From the NCBI GenBank assembly GCA_038087875.1, contig JAXLNO010000246.1, positions 124,001-186,000 of the forward strand: a DNA stretch of 62,000 bases, written 5' to 3'. The translations under genes were made by a program, and so were the position numbers. The DNA comes from Malacoraja senta (Eukaryota). Shown in pieces: positions 1 to 13,200 of the stretch; position 1 is the stretch's first letter, and every line of letters starts with the position of its first letter. The notes beneath the pieces were generated by a model. It made no database searches and was not told the DNA's origin. It saw only the letters and a program-made list of their open reading frames with translations.

Positions 1-1239
1 TTCCTCCCCTCCCCTCCACTTCCTTCCCCCTCTCGCTCATCTCCCCCTCCCCGCCTTCCTCATTCCCCCATCCTCCCTTATTCACCCCTCCCCTTCTTCA
101 CCTACCCCCTCTCCCTCCCCATTCTCACCCACTTCCCTTCCACCCCCCCTCCCCCCGCCCACCCCCTTCCATGCTTCCCCCTCCCTCCCCTTCCTCACCT
201 CCTTCCTCATCTCCACCATTTACCTCCGAGCCCCTCCCTCCCGCCTCCCCCATTCCTCTCACCCCACCGACCTTCCTCTCACCTCCCCTTCATCTCGACC
301 CCACTTCCTCCCGCTTCCCCATTTCCCCCCCATTCCCCTCCCCTCCCATTCCCCTTCCCATCTTCACCCCCTCTCGCCCTTCATCTCTTGGCCCCTCGCC
401 TTCCTCGTCCCCCTACCCCCATCCCCCTCCCTCCCTTCCCTCCACCATCTCAAACCTTCCCATGCTCCCCACTATCTTCCCCATCCTCACCCCCAACCTC
501 CCTCCTCCCTCTCACTCTCCTCCCCCCTCCCTCTCCCCTCGATCCCCATCCTCCTCCACCATTTCCTGTTCCCCTCCCTCCCTCTTCTCCCCTTCTTCTC
601 CTTCCAATCCCTTCCTCAACTACATCCGCCTCCCACATCTACCCCCACCCTTTCCTCTCCCCTTCGTTTTACTCTCCACATCCATCTTCCTCCTCCCCTT
701 CCTTTACCCCTTCCTCTACCCCTTCCACCCCACATCTACTCCCCCCCTGTCCCACCTGCTCTCCCCATTCCTCTCTCCCCCTCCTCTCTTCCTCCTCTCA
801 CCCTTCTCTCCCGCTCCCTCTTCCTCCCTCCTAACTCCCTCCTCTCCCCCTTCCTCTGTCACCCTCTCTCCTTCCTCTCTCCCCCTCCTCTCACCCTCCT
901 CTTCCCCTCCTCTCTCATTCCTCTCACCCCCTCCTCGCCCCCTCGTCTCACACTTCCTCACTCACCCATCACCCCCTTCCTCTCTCCCGTTCCTCTCCCC
1001 CTCCTCTCTCTATCCTCTCCCCTCCTGTCCCCCTCCTTTCGCCCTCTCGCACCTCCTCTCCCCTTCCTCTCTCCCCCTGCTCTCCCCATCCTTTCCCCCT
1101 CCTCAACCTCTTCCTCTGCCCCTTCTCTCCCCCTCCTCTCCCCCTCCTTTCGCACTCCTCTCCCACCTCCTCTCCCCTTCTTCTCTCCCCCTCCTCTCCC
1201 TCTCTCCCCCTTCCCCCTTGCTCTCTCACCCCTCTCCCC

Positions 1240-4200
1240 CTTCCGCTCTCCCGTCTCCCACTCCTCTTCCCCTCCTCTCTTCCTCCTCTTTCCCCCTCCT
1301 CTCTGCTTCCTCACCCCTTCCTCTCTCCCCCTCTCTTCACCTCCTCTCTACCTCCTCTCGCCCTCTCTCTCCCTGCTCTCTTCCCTCCTCTCTCCCCCTC
1401 TCTCCCCCTTCTCGCCCCCATCTCACCCCCTCTCTCCCTCCTCTCACCCTCCTCTCTCTCCCTCCTCTCTCCTCCTCCTCTCACCCCCCTCTCTCCTTTT
1501 CCTCTCCCCTCTTCTACCACCTCCTCTCTCCCCCGCCTCTCTCCCACCTCTCCCTCTCCCCCGCCTCTCTCCCTCCCACTCTCTCCCCTTCCTCTCGCCT
1601 CTTCTACCACCTTCCCCTCCCTCGACCCCTCCTCATTTCTCACCCCCTCCCCGTCATCTCCCCCTCATACCTCACCACCTCTGTCCTTCCCACACCCTCT
1701 CCCCTTTCTCCTCCCCACACTCACCCAATCGTGCTGCCTCCCCCTCTCCACCTTTCACCCTCGCTCCCTCTTCCCCCTTCCCCCACACCCTCCCCTCCCC
1801 CTCACACTCCCGTTCACCATCTCACTCCCACTCCTGCCTTTCCCTCTCCCCCACAGTCACCACCCCCCCTCTCCCCCTCCCTCCATCCCTCCCTCATCAT
1901 TCACTCTGACGCTCCTATTGACTGTCGCCATCCTCTCCCCCTCGCTCCACTTCCTCTTCCCGTACCCCGTTCCTCCCGAAACCTCTCCCCACCACCTCCT
2001 CCGCTTCCTGTCACTCTCCACCCCTCCCACTCCTCCTCTGCCCCCTTATCTCCGTCCACCGCCCCCCTCTCCCCTCCACCTCCCTCCTCTCCCCTCCTCA
2101 CCCACCTCCTCTCCCCCTCATCCGCATCCTCCTGCCCCCCCTCCTCTGCTCCCTCCTCACCCCCTCCTCTCCCTCCTCTTCCTCTTCCTCTTCCGCTACG
2201 TCTCTCATTCCTTTCCCCCTCCTCCCCCTCACCTCTCCCCCTCGCTCGACTTCCTCTACCCCTTCCCCCTCCTTTCCCCCTCCCGCTTTCTCTCCTCTCA
2301 CCCCCTATCTCCACCCCCTTCCTCTCTTCCTCCTCTTCTTTCCCCCTCCCTTTCCCCCTTCCACCCCTTTTCTCCCCCCCCTCCCCCTTCACCCCACCCC
2401 CTCCCCCTTTCCCCCCTCACCCTCCCCTCTCCCCTTCCTGTCCCATTCCTCTCCCCTCCTCCCCCCTCCGCTACCACTCCTCTCCCCCTCCACTACCCCC
2501 CATCCTCTCCTCCTGCCTTTCGCCGCTTTTCCCCTCCTCTCCACGTCCCCCCCTGCCTCGATCCCTGCTATTCCCCCTCCACTTCCCCTTTCTCTCCCGC
2601 TTCTCATTCCTCCCTCTAATCACTTCCGAATACCCCCTGTTTCATCGTCCCGTTCCCCTCACTACTCCTTATTCTTCCTCTCCTTCTCCCCCTCACCACC
2701 TTCTTTATTCACCCACCCCCTCTGCCCCTCACATTCACCTCCCCCACCCTCTCCCATTCTTGCTGCCCCTCCCCGTCGCGCACTCCCTCACCCCTGGCCC
2801 GCCCCTGCCTCACTCACTCCAACCATCTCCATCCTTACCCTATCTCCCCTTCCCTTCCCCCTCCCCTTCCCCCGCCCCATTCCCCCTCACCCTCCGCAAA
2901 CCATCTTCCTCCCACTAGACACGCCCCTGCATTTTCCCTCTCCCCCTAAGTCTCCACCTGCCTCTCCTCCCCTCCCTTCTCCCTCCCCTCTCCCTGCACC
3001 CTCCCCTTCGCCAATCCCCTCTGCCCATCTCCCCTTTCTCTCCCCATCTCCCCCTCCCCTTATTCCCCTCCCACATACCCGTACCCGTTTCACCACCTCT
3101 CCCCTTTCTCTCCATCCCCCGTCATCACCCACTCATACTTCACCCCTTCTGTCCGTCCCTCACCCCATCCATGTGCCTCGCCCATTTCACCACCCCGCAC
3201 ACGCCCCTTCTTGCAGCCCCTCTCCTCCCCCTCCCCTTCCCCCCTCCCCTTCCTCCACCCGTTCCCGCTCCCCCTCCCCTTCCCCATCCCCTAGCCCCCC
3301 CACTCCCCTCTCTCCTCACCCCCCCATCACCTCCCCCTTCCCCCTCCACTTCCCTTCCCCCTCCCCTTCACCCTCACCTTCCCCTTACCCCTCCCCTCCC
3401 CTCTCTCCTCCCCCTCTCCCTCATCCTCCCCCTCCCGTACCCCGTCTCGATCGCTTCTTTTCCCACTCCCCGTGCCTTTCCTCTCCCCTACCCCCACCCG
3501 TTCCCTCTCCCCCTCCCCTTCCACCTTCCCCTGCCCTTCCCCCGTCCCATTCACCCTCCCCTCTACCTCCACATCCCCTCCCCTTCCCCCTCCGCTGCCC
3601 CACCCCTCCCCTTACTCCTCTCACTCCCTCTCCCCTCACCCCTCTACTTCATCCTCCCCCTCCCGTACCCCCTCTCCATTGCCCTCCTCCTCCACTTACC
3701 CCTCCCGCTCCCCTCCTCCACCCCTTTTCCATCCCCTTCCCCCTCCGCCTCCACCCTCACCTCCCCTTACCCCTGCACCGCCCCCTCTCCTCCCACGACC
3801 CGTCTCCTTCACCCTCCCCCTCCCGATCCCCGTCTCCATCGCTCCTTTTCCCACTCTCCATCCCCATTCCTCTCCCCTGCCCCCATCCGTTCCCGCTCCC
3901 CCTCCCCTTCACCCTCACCTTCCCCTTACCCATCCCCACACCCTCGCCTCCCCCCTCCCCCTCTCCTTCACCCTCCCCCTCCCGTACCCCCTCTCCATCG
4001 CTCCTTTTCCTCCTCCCCGTGCCCATTGCCCTCCCCTACCCCCACGCGTTCCCGCTCCCCCTCCCCTTCCCCTTCCCCTCCCCCTCCCACTGCCATTCAC
4101 CCTCCCCTCTCCCTCCGCCTCCCCTCCTCTTCCTCCTCACCATCCTCCTCTTCCTCCTCACCATCCTCCTCCGCTTCCTCTCCCCCTCTCCCTCCCCCTC

Positions 4201-7200
4201 CTCCTCTCCGCCCCCTCTCCGTCACCCTCGCCCTCCCGGATCCCCTCTCCATCGCCCTCCTCATCGCCTTACCCCTCCCGCTTCCCCCTCCCCTTTTCAA
4301 CCCCCTTCCCCCTCCGCCACCCCCACACCCTCTCCTTACCCCTCCACCTCCCCCCTGCCCATCCCGAACCCCTCTCCTTCGCCACCTTCCCCTTCCGTTC
4401 ACGCTCCCACTCCCCTTTGCCCACCCCCATCCTTTCCCCTTCCCCCTCCCCCTCCCACACCCCCCTCCCTTTCCCCCTCCATCCTTCCCTTCCCCACTCG
4501 CCTTCCCCTCACCCTCTCCCTCCACATCTCCCTCTTCTACCCCTTTCCTCTCACCTTCACACTCACCTCCCCCCTTCCACCGTCCACCTCCCCATCCCCT
4601 TCACCCTCCCCTGCACCTCCCCCTGCCCTCCCGGACCCCTCTCCTTCGTCCTCCCCATCCCGAACCCCCTCCATCGCCTTCTCCCGCACATTGCCGCCCC
4701 CCTTCCCACTCCTCCTACTCCTCACCCTCACCATACCCTCCCCCTACCCTACCCTTCAACTCCAGCCCTCTCCCCTTTCCCTCCCCCTCACCTTCCCCTC
4801 CGCCTCCCGCTACGTCTTCCCTTCCCCCATCCCCTCCCCCGCCCCCTCCCCTTCCACCTCTTCACCCTCCCCTGTGCCCCCTCCCATACCCCCTTCCCCT
4901 CTCGCACCCCTTCCCCCTCACTCCCCCAACCCCATCCCCCTCATTCTACCCCTCCCCATCCCCCTACCCCTCCCCTTCCCCCCCGCCTCCACTTCACCCC
5001 CTCCCCTTCACCCTCCCCTCCACCTCCCACTCCTCTTCACCCTCCCCTTCCCCCACCCCTCCCCTTCACTATCCCCCACCCACCCCTTCTTTTTCATCCT
5101 CCCCACCCACTCAACCTCCCCCTCCCCATTCCACTTCCATCATCCCCCTCGCCTCCCCCTCGCCTCCCCTACCACCTTCCCCTTCCATTCACGCTCCCAC
5201 TCCCCTTTCCCCTCCCCATCGCTTCCCCTTCCCCCTCCCCCTCCCCTTCCCCCTCCCTTTCCCCCTCCATCCCCCCCTTCCCCCTCGCCTTCCCTCACCC
5301 TCTCCCTCCACATCTCCCTCCCCTACCCCTTTCCTCTCACCTTCACACTCACCTCCCCCCTTCCACCAACCACCTCCCCATCCCCTTCACCCTCCCCTCC
5401 CCTCCCCTTCCCCCTCCCCCACCCCTTCCCCCGCAACTACACCCTCCCCATCCCATTCCCTCTCTCCGTCCGCGTTCTCCTCCCCGGCCCTCTCCCCTTC
5501 CCCCTCAGCCGCCTCCCCACTCCTCCTCCCCTGCCACCACCCTTCCCCCTCCCCCTCCTCCCCGCCCCCGCCCGCACCACCCCAGCCCCTCCCCCTCCAG
5601 TTGCTCCCACCTACTACCCCTCCAATACCCCCACACCTTCCCTCACCCCTCCCCCCGCCCCTCTTCCCATCCTCTTCCCCTTCACCACCCACCCCCTACC
5701 CCTTCCACCTCCCCTTCACACTCAACACCCTCCCCTTCCACTTCACTCTCCCATCCACCTCCCCCTGCCCCTCCCCTTTCCCTTCTCCTCTTCTCCCCCT
5801 CCCCTTCCCGCTTCCACGCCCCCTCACCCTCCCCGTCCTCATACCGCTCCCCACCATCTCCCCTTCCCCCTCACCTCCCCTTTCCCGTTCCCCTTCCTAT
5901 CCCTTCCACTCCCCTTCTCCCCTTCCCCCTCCCCTTAGCCTACCACCACCCCCACTCCCTACCCCTCGCCTCGTCCATCCCTCTTCCCGTACCCCCTCCC
6001 ACGCCCCACCCTCCTCCCCCTCCCCTTCCTCTGCCCCTTCACCCTCCCCATCCCCTTCCCCCTCTGCCACCCCGCCACCCCCTTCCCCCTCAGCCTCCTC
6101 CTCCCCTGCCCCTTCCCCCTCCCCTTCCCCTTCATCTCCCCTCCCCTCCCGTTCCACCACCCGCACGCCCACCCGCACGCCCTCCCGTTCCTCCACCCCC
6201 ACCCCCTGCATACACCCGCCCCTTCCCGCCCCTCCCCCTCCCCTTCGCCCTCACCTGCCAGCCCCTTCTCCTCCCCCTCCCCTTCACGCTCGCCTCCCCC
6301 TCTCCATCCACCTCCCCTGCCCCTCGCCTTCCACTCACCCTCTCCCTCCCCACCCCTTAACCATCCCCTGCCCCTTCAGCCTCCCCATCACCCTCTTCTA
6401 CCCCACCTACCCCTCCCCTTCCCCCTCATCCTCCCCTTCACCCTCCCCACCCCCTCCCCCTCCCCCTGCGCTTCCCCTTCTCCTCCCCTTCCCCCTCCCC
6501 TTCCTGCTTCCCCTCACCCTCTCCCTCCGCATCTCCCTCCTCCTCCCTCTACCCTTCCCTATCCCCCTTCACTCCCCTCCCCGCCCCTTCCCTCCTCTTT
6601 CCCCTCCCCCCTCCCCTCACCCCGCATCCCCTTCCCCCCTCCCCTCACCCCGCATCCCCTTCCATCCCCTTAACCCTGACCCCCACCACTTCTCTCTTCC
6701 CGGCCCCTTCCCTCTGACCTCCCCTCCTACACCTTCCCTACCCCGTCCCCTACCCCCATTCCACCTCCCGTTCCCACACCTCAACCCCTTCATCCTCTCC
6801 TACCCCCTCGCTTTCCCATCACCCTCCCGCCACTTACCCCTCACCTACCGCTTCACATTCCCCTTCACTCTCCCAATCCCCCCTTCCCCCTCCCCTTCCC
6901 CCTCCCCTTTCCCTTGACCCTCCCCCTCCCCACTCCCCCTTCCTCTCCGCAGCACCCCCCCTCCCTTACATCTCCGCCTCCCGTACCTCCTCCCCCCTCC
7001 CCTTCCTGCACCCCAAATTCTCCCCTTCCTCCACTGTCCCCTTCCTCCATCCCCTCCCCTTTCCCCGCACCTCCCCCCTCCCCTACCCCCTCTCCCTCCC
7101 GTCCCCCTCCCCCTGACACCCTCCCCTTCAACCTCCACTTTCCTCTGCCTTTCCCCCTCACCCACATCACCTCAACCTCCCGTTTCACCCCGTCTCCCCT

Positions 7201-10200
7201 TCTGCCACCCCTTCCCCCTCTCCTCTTCCACCCCCTCCCCTTCCCCCTCACCACCATCCCCTCACCCCCTAAACTACAACCTCACCCCTCCACTCACCTC
7301 CCCCCTATGCTTCACCCTCCACGACGCCCTCCCCTCCCCTTCCCACTCCCCGCCCCCTACCTCCCCCTCCGCCCACCCGTTCCCGCTCCAGCTCCCCTTC
7401 CCCCACGCCCTCCCCTGCACCCTTCCCTCCACTCCTCCTTCTCCTCCCATTTCCCCCTCACCCAAATCGCACCCCTTCACCCTCCCCTCCCCTTCCCCCG
7501 CCCCTCCCCCTCCCCTCCCCTTCCCCCAACCGTTCCCGTTCCCCCGCCCCTACCCCCATCCCCTCCCCTTCCCCATCATCCCCCCATCCATCCCCCCTCC
7601 CCTTCCCCTTCCCCTTCCCCTCCCCCCTCCCCTCCTCTTCCCGTCACACTTCCCCTCCACCCTCCCCCTCCCCTTCACCATCCCCTTCCCCTCAGCCTTC
7701 TCCTCCCCTTCCCCCTCAATCAGACCATCCCCACCCCCCTCCTCCATCCTCGTCACACTTCCCCTCACCCTCACCCTCCTCTTCCTCTCCGCATCTCCTC
7801 CCCCTCCCGGACCCCCTCCTCCTCCCCTTCCTGCAACCTCTCCGCCTCCCCTACCCCCTTCCCCTCCCCTTCGCTTGCAACTACCCCTTCCCCATCCCCT
7901 TCCGTCTCTCCCTCCCCGACCCCCTCGCCTTCCCCATCAGCCCCCTCTCCTACCCTCTCATCCTCTGCTCCCTCCCGAACCCCCCACCCCTTCCCCTCCC
8001 ATGACCCACCTCTTATCCCAACCCACCCCCCGCCCCTCTCCCTCTCCCCTTCTCCCTCATCCCCCATCCCCTTCTCCCACCCCCTTCTCCTCTCCCTACC
8101 CCTAACCATCCCCGCACCCCACCCATCCCCTCCCCTACCCCTCCCTGCCCCTCTTCCCCTTACCTTCGCCCACCCATTCCCGGTCCCGGTCCCCTTCCCC
8201 CACACACCCCCCTTTACCCTCCCCTTTCCCCTCCCCCTCCCCTTCCGCCGCATCCCCACTTCAGCCTCCCCTCCCCTTTCTCCTCCCCCACCCCCTCCGC
8301 ATCCCCCTCCCCTTCCCCCTCCACCTCCCATTCCCTCGCCCGTTTCCGCGCCCACTCCCCCTCCTCCTTCCACTCCACTTTCCCCTCCCCTTCTCCTTCC
8401 CCTCCCCTCTCACTCCACCACCCCTTCCCCCTCTTCCTGCCACTGCCACTCCCCTACTCCCACCCCCACCCCTTCCCGCTACCCCTTCCTTTCCCGCTCC
8501 CCTTCCCTTCCCCCTCACCCACCTCTTTCCTTCTACCCTTCCCCCTCAGCTTCCCCTCACCCTCTCCCTCCTCTTTCCACTCCCCTTCTCCTCCCCTTCC
8601 CCTTCAGCCTCCCTCCCCACCCTCCCTTGCCCTCTCCGCACCTCCTCCCTTCCAGTTTACCCTCCTCCTCCCATTCCACCTACCCATTCCGTTCCCGCTC
8701 GCCTTCCCTCTCCCCTTTCACCACCACCTCCCCTGCCCTCACCCGTCATGCGCCCCATCCCTTTCCCTCACCCGTTCGCGCTCCCCCTCCCCTTCCCACA
8801 CACCTCCCCCTCAATCCCCCATGCCCTTCCCCCTCCCCTTCCCCTGCCCACACCCCTCACTCTCCCCTTCCTCTAACCCTTCCCCTCCACTCTCCCCATC
8901 CCCTTCACCCTCTCCTTTCCCTCACCCTTCCCCCCTTCCCCCTCAACCCCCCCCCATCGCCTCCCCCTCCCCTTCCCCCATCTTCAACCCCCTCCCCCGT
9001 CCCCCTCTCCTCTCCCTCCACTTACCTCTCCCCCTCTCCTTCCCCCTCCCGTTCCCGCTGCCCCGCCCCTTCCACATCCCTTCACCCTCCCCTCCCCCAC
9101 CCGTTTCCCCCCTTCACCCTCCCCATCCCCTCACCCTTCACCTCCTCCCCCATCCCCTCCCACACCCACTCCTCCTCCCACTCCACCTCCCCGACCCCCT
9201 CCACCGACCCCTCCACACCCCCTCCTCCCGTTCCCCATCTCCTCTTCCCGCTTTGCCTCCGCCTCCCCCTCCCCCTCCCACTTCCCACTCCCCCACCCCT
9301 TCCCTCCCCCCCTTCCCTTCCCTCCCCTCCCCTTCTCCCCACCCACCCCTCCCCCTCCCCGTCCTCTCCCCTTCACCCTCCCGTTCCCGTTCCCGCTCCC
9401 CCTCCCCTTCCCCTTTCATTCATCCTTCCCTTCCACCCTCCCCTTCTCCCCTCTCCTTCCCCCCTCCCCTTCCCCCTCGCCTTCCACTCACGCTCTTCCT
9501 CCACTTCCTTCTCCCCTTATCCCTCACCCCAACCCCTTTACCCCTCCCCGTCCCCTTCCCGCTCCACTTCCCCCTCACCTCCAAAACCCCCCTTCCCATC
9601 CCCTGCCCCCTCCCCATCCCCTCCCCTCGCCCACCCGCTTTGCCCACTCCCCCTCTCCTTCCACTCTCCATCCCCCTCACACTCCCCCTCCCCCTCCCCC
9701 TCCCCTCACACTCCCCCTCCCCCCCTCCCCTTACACACCCCCTCGCCTCCACATCCCCTTCCCCTTCCCCTCCTCCCTTGCCCCCTCACCTCCCTCCCTC
9801 CGCCCACCCGTTCCCGCTCCCCTTCTTGCCCCTCGCACTCCCCTTCCCCCGCCCATCCCCCTCCCCTTCACGCTCCCCTTCCCCGTCCACACCCCGTCCC
9901 CCTTCCCGTCCCCCTTCCCCTTCACCCTCCCCTTCCCCTCCCCTACCCCTTCCACTTCCACTTCCCCTTCCACTTCCCCTTCCCCCTCCCGTTCCCGCTC
10001 CTCCTCCCCATGCACCCCCCCTCAACCGCCCATGTTCTCCCCCCTTCCCCTCTCCTTCCCCCTGCCCCTTCCCCTCACCCTCCCCTCCACCCTTCCCCTC
10101 ACTTTCACCCTCCCCTTCCCCTCACTCTTCCGCTCCCCTTCCCCCTCACCCCCCATCCCCTCCCCTTAGCGCTACCCTTCCCCCCATCCCATCCCCTTCC

Positions 10201-13200
10201 CCTCCCCCTCCCGTTCCCCTTCCCCTCCCGACCCCCTCCTCCCCCCGAACCCCCTCCCCAGCCCACCCCTTCCTCATCCCCTTCCCCCTCACCGCCCACC
10301 CCATCCACTTCGACCTCCCTCTCCCCTTCCCCCACCGTTCGCACTCCCCCATCCCCTTTCCCCTCCTCTCCCCCTCCCCTTCCTCCTCCTCTTCACCCTC
10401 CCATCTCCCCTTCCCCTCTCCCCCACCAACCTCCCCTTCCCCTCACCCTGCCCCTCCATTCCCCCCACCCCCCTCCCCCTCCCGCTCCCCCTACCCCTCC
10501 CCACCCCTCCCCTCCCCCTCTCCTCCCACTCACCTACCCCCACCCGTTCCCGCTCCCCTTCTGCTTACGCCTACCCCTCCCCCTCCCCTTCCACCTCCCC
10601 TTCACCCCGTTTCCCCTTCCCCTTCCCCTTGCCCCTTCATCCTNNNNNNNNNNNNNNNNNNNNNNNNNNNNNNNNNNNNNNNNNNNNNNNNNNNNNNNNN
10701 NNNNNNNNNNNNNNNNNNNNNNNNNNNNNNNNNNNNNNNNNNNNNNNNNNNNNNNNNNNNNNNNNNNNNNNNNNNNNNNNNNNNNNNNNNNNNNNNNNNN
10801 NNNNNNNNNNNNNNNNNNNNNNNNNNNNNNNNNNNNNNNNNNNCTTCCGCTCTTCCGTCTCCCACTCCTCTTCCCCTCCTCTCTTCCTCCTCTTTCCCCC
10901 TCCTCTCTGCTTCCTCACCCCTTCCTCTCTCCCCCTCTCTTCACCTCCTCTCTCCCTCCTCTCGCCCTCTCTCTCCCTGCTCTCTTCCCTCCTCTCTCCC
11001 CCTCTCTCCCCCTTCTCGCCCCCATCTCACCCCTCTCTCCCTCCTCTCACCATCCTCTCTCTCCCTCCTCTCTCCTCCACCTCTCACCCCCCTCTCTCCT
11101 TTTCCTCTCCCCTCTTCTACCACCTCCTCTCTCCCCGCCTCTCTCCCACCTCTCCCTCTCCCCCGCCTTTCTCCCTCCACTCTCTCCCCTTCCTCTCCCT
11201 CTTCTACCACCTTCCCCTCCCTCGATCCCTCCTCATTCCTAATCCCCCTCCCCGTCATCGCCCTCTCATACCTCACCACCTCTGTCCTTCCCACACCCTC
11301 ACCCCTTTCTTCTCCCCGCACTCACCCAATCGTGCTGCCTCCCCCCTCTCCACCTTTCACCCTCGCTCCCTCTTCCCCCTTCCCCCACACCCTCCCCTCC
11401 CCCTCACACTCCCGTTCACCATCTCACTCCCACCGCTGCCTTTCCCTCTCCCCACAGTCTCCACCTGCATCTCGTCATCCCCCCTCTCCCCCTCCCTCCA
11501 TCCCTCCCTCATCATTCCCTCTGACGCTCCTATTGACTGTCGCCATCCTCTCCCCCTCGCTCCACTTCCTCTTCCCGTACCCTCTTCCTCCTGAAACCTC
11601 TCCCCACCACCTCCTCCGCTTCCTGTCACTCTCCCCCCCTCCCACTCCTCCTCTGCCCCCTTCTCTCCGTCCACCTCCCCCCTCTCCCCTCCACCTCCCT
11701 CCCCTCCCCTCCTCTCCCTCCTCCTCTGCCCCCTCATCCGCATCCTCCTGCCCCCCCTCCTCTCCTCCCTCCTCTCCGCCTCCTCTTTCACCTCTTCCCC
11801 TTCCTCTTCCGCTACGTCTCTCATTCCTTTCCCCTTCTCCTCCTCACCTCTCCCCCTCGCTCGACTTCCTCTACCCCATCCCCCTCCTTGCCCCCTCCCG
11901 CTTCCTCTCCTCTCACCCCCTATCTCCTCCCCCTTCCTCTCCACCTCCTCTTCTTTTCCCCTCCCTTTCCCCCTTCCACCCCTTTTTTCCTCCCCCTCCC
12001 CCTTCCCCCCACCCCCTCCCCCTTTCCCCCCCTCCCCCACCCCTCTCCCCTTCCTGTACCATTCCTCTCCCCTCCTCTCCCTCATCCCCCCTCCGCTACC
12101 ACACCACCCCCTCCACTATCCCCCATCCTCTCCTCCTGCCTTTCGCCGCTTTTCCCCTCCTCTCCACGTCCCCCCCTGCCTCGATCCCTCCTATACCCCC
12201 TCCACCTCCCCTTTCTCTCCCGCTTCTCATTCCTCCCTCTAATCACTTCCGAATACCCCCTGTTTCATCGTCCCGTTCCCCTCACTACCCCTTATTCTTG
12301 CTCTCCTTCTCCCCCTCACCACCTTCTTTATTCACCCACCCCCTCTGCCCCTCACCTTCACATCCCCCTCTCCCATTCTTGCTGCCCCTCCCCGTCGCAC
12401 ACTCCCTCACCCCTGGCCCCACCCTCTCCCATTCTTGCTACCCCCCCCCCCCCGTCGCACACTCCCTCACCCCTGGCCCGCCCCTGCCTCACCAACTCCA
12501 ACCATCTCCCTCCTTACCCTATCTCCCCTTCCCCTCCCCCTCCCCTTCCCCCGCCCCATTCCCCCTCACCCTCCCCAAACCATCTTCCTCCCACTAGACA
12601 CGCCCCTGCATTTTCACTCTCCCCCTAAGTCTCCACCTGCCTCTCCTCCCCTCCCATATCCCTCCCCTCTCCCTGCACCCTCCCCTTCGCCAATCCCCTC
12701 TGCCCACCTCCCCTTTCTCTCCCCATCTCCCTCTCCCCTTATTCCCCTCCCCTCTCCCCTTTCTCTCCATCCCCCGTCATCTCTCACTCATACTTCACCC
12801 CTTCTGTCCGTCCCTCACCCCATCCCTGTGCCTCGCCCATTTCACCTCCCCGCACACGCCCCTTCTTGCAGCCCCTCTCCTCCCCCTCCCCTCCCCCCTC
12901 CCCTTCCTCCACCCGTTCCCGCTCCCCCTCCCCTTCCACCTTCCCCTGCCCTCCCCCGTCCCATTCACCCTCCCCTCTACACATCCCCTCCCCTTCTCCC
13001 TCCGCTTCCCCACCCCTCCCCTTACTCCTCTTACTCCCTCTCCCCTCACCCCTCCCCCTCTACTTCACCCTCCCCCTCCCGTACCACCTCTCCATCGCCC
13101 TCCTCCTCCCCTTACCCCTCCCGCTCCCCTCCTCCTCCCCTTTTCCATCCCCTTCCCCCTCCGCCTCCACCTCACCTCCCCTTACCCCTGCACCCCCCCC

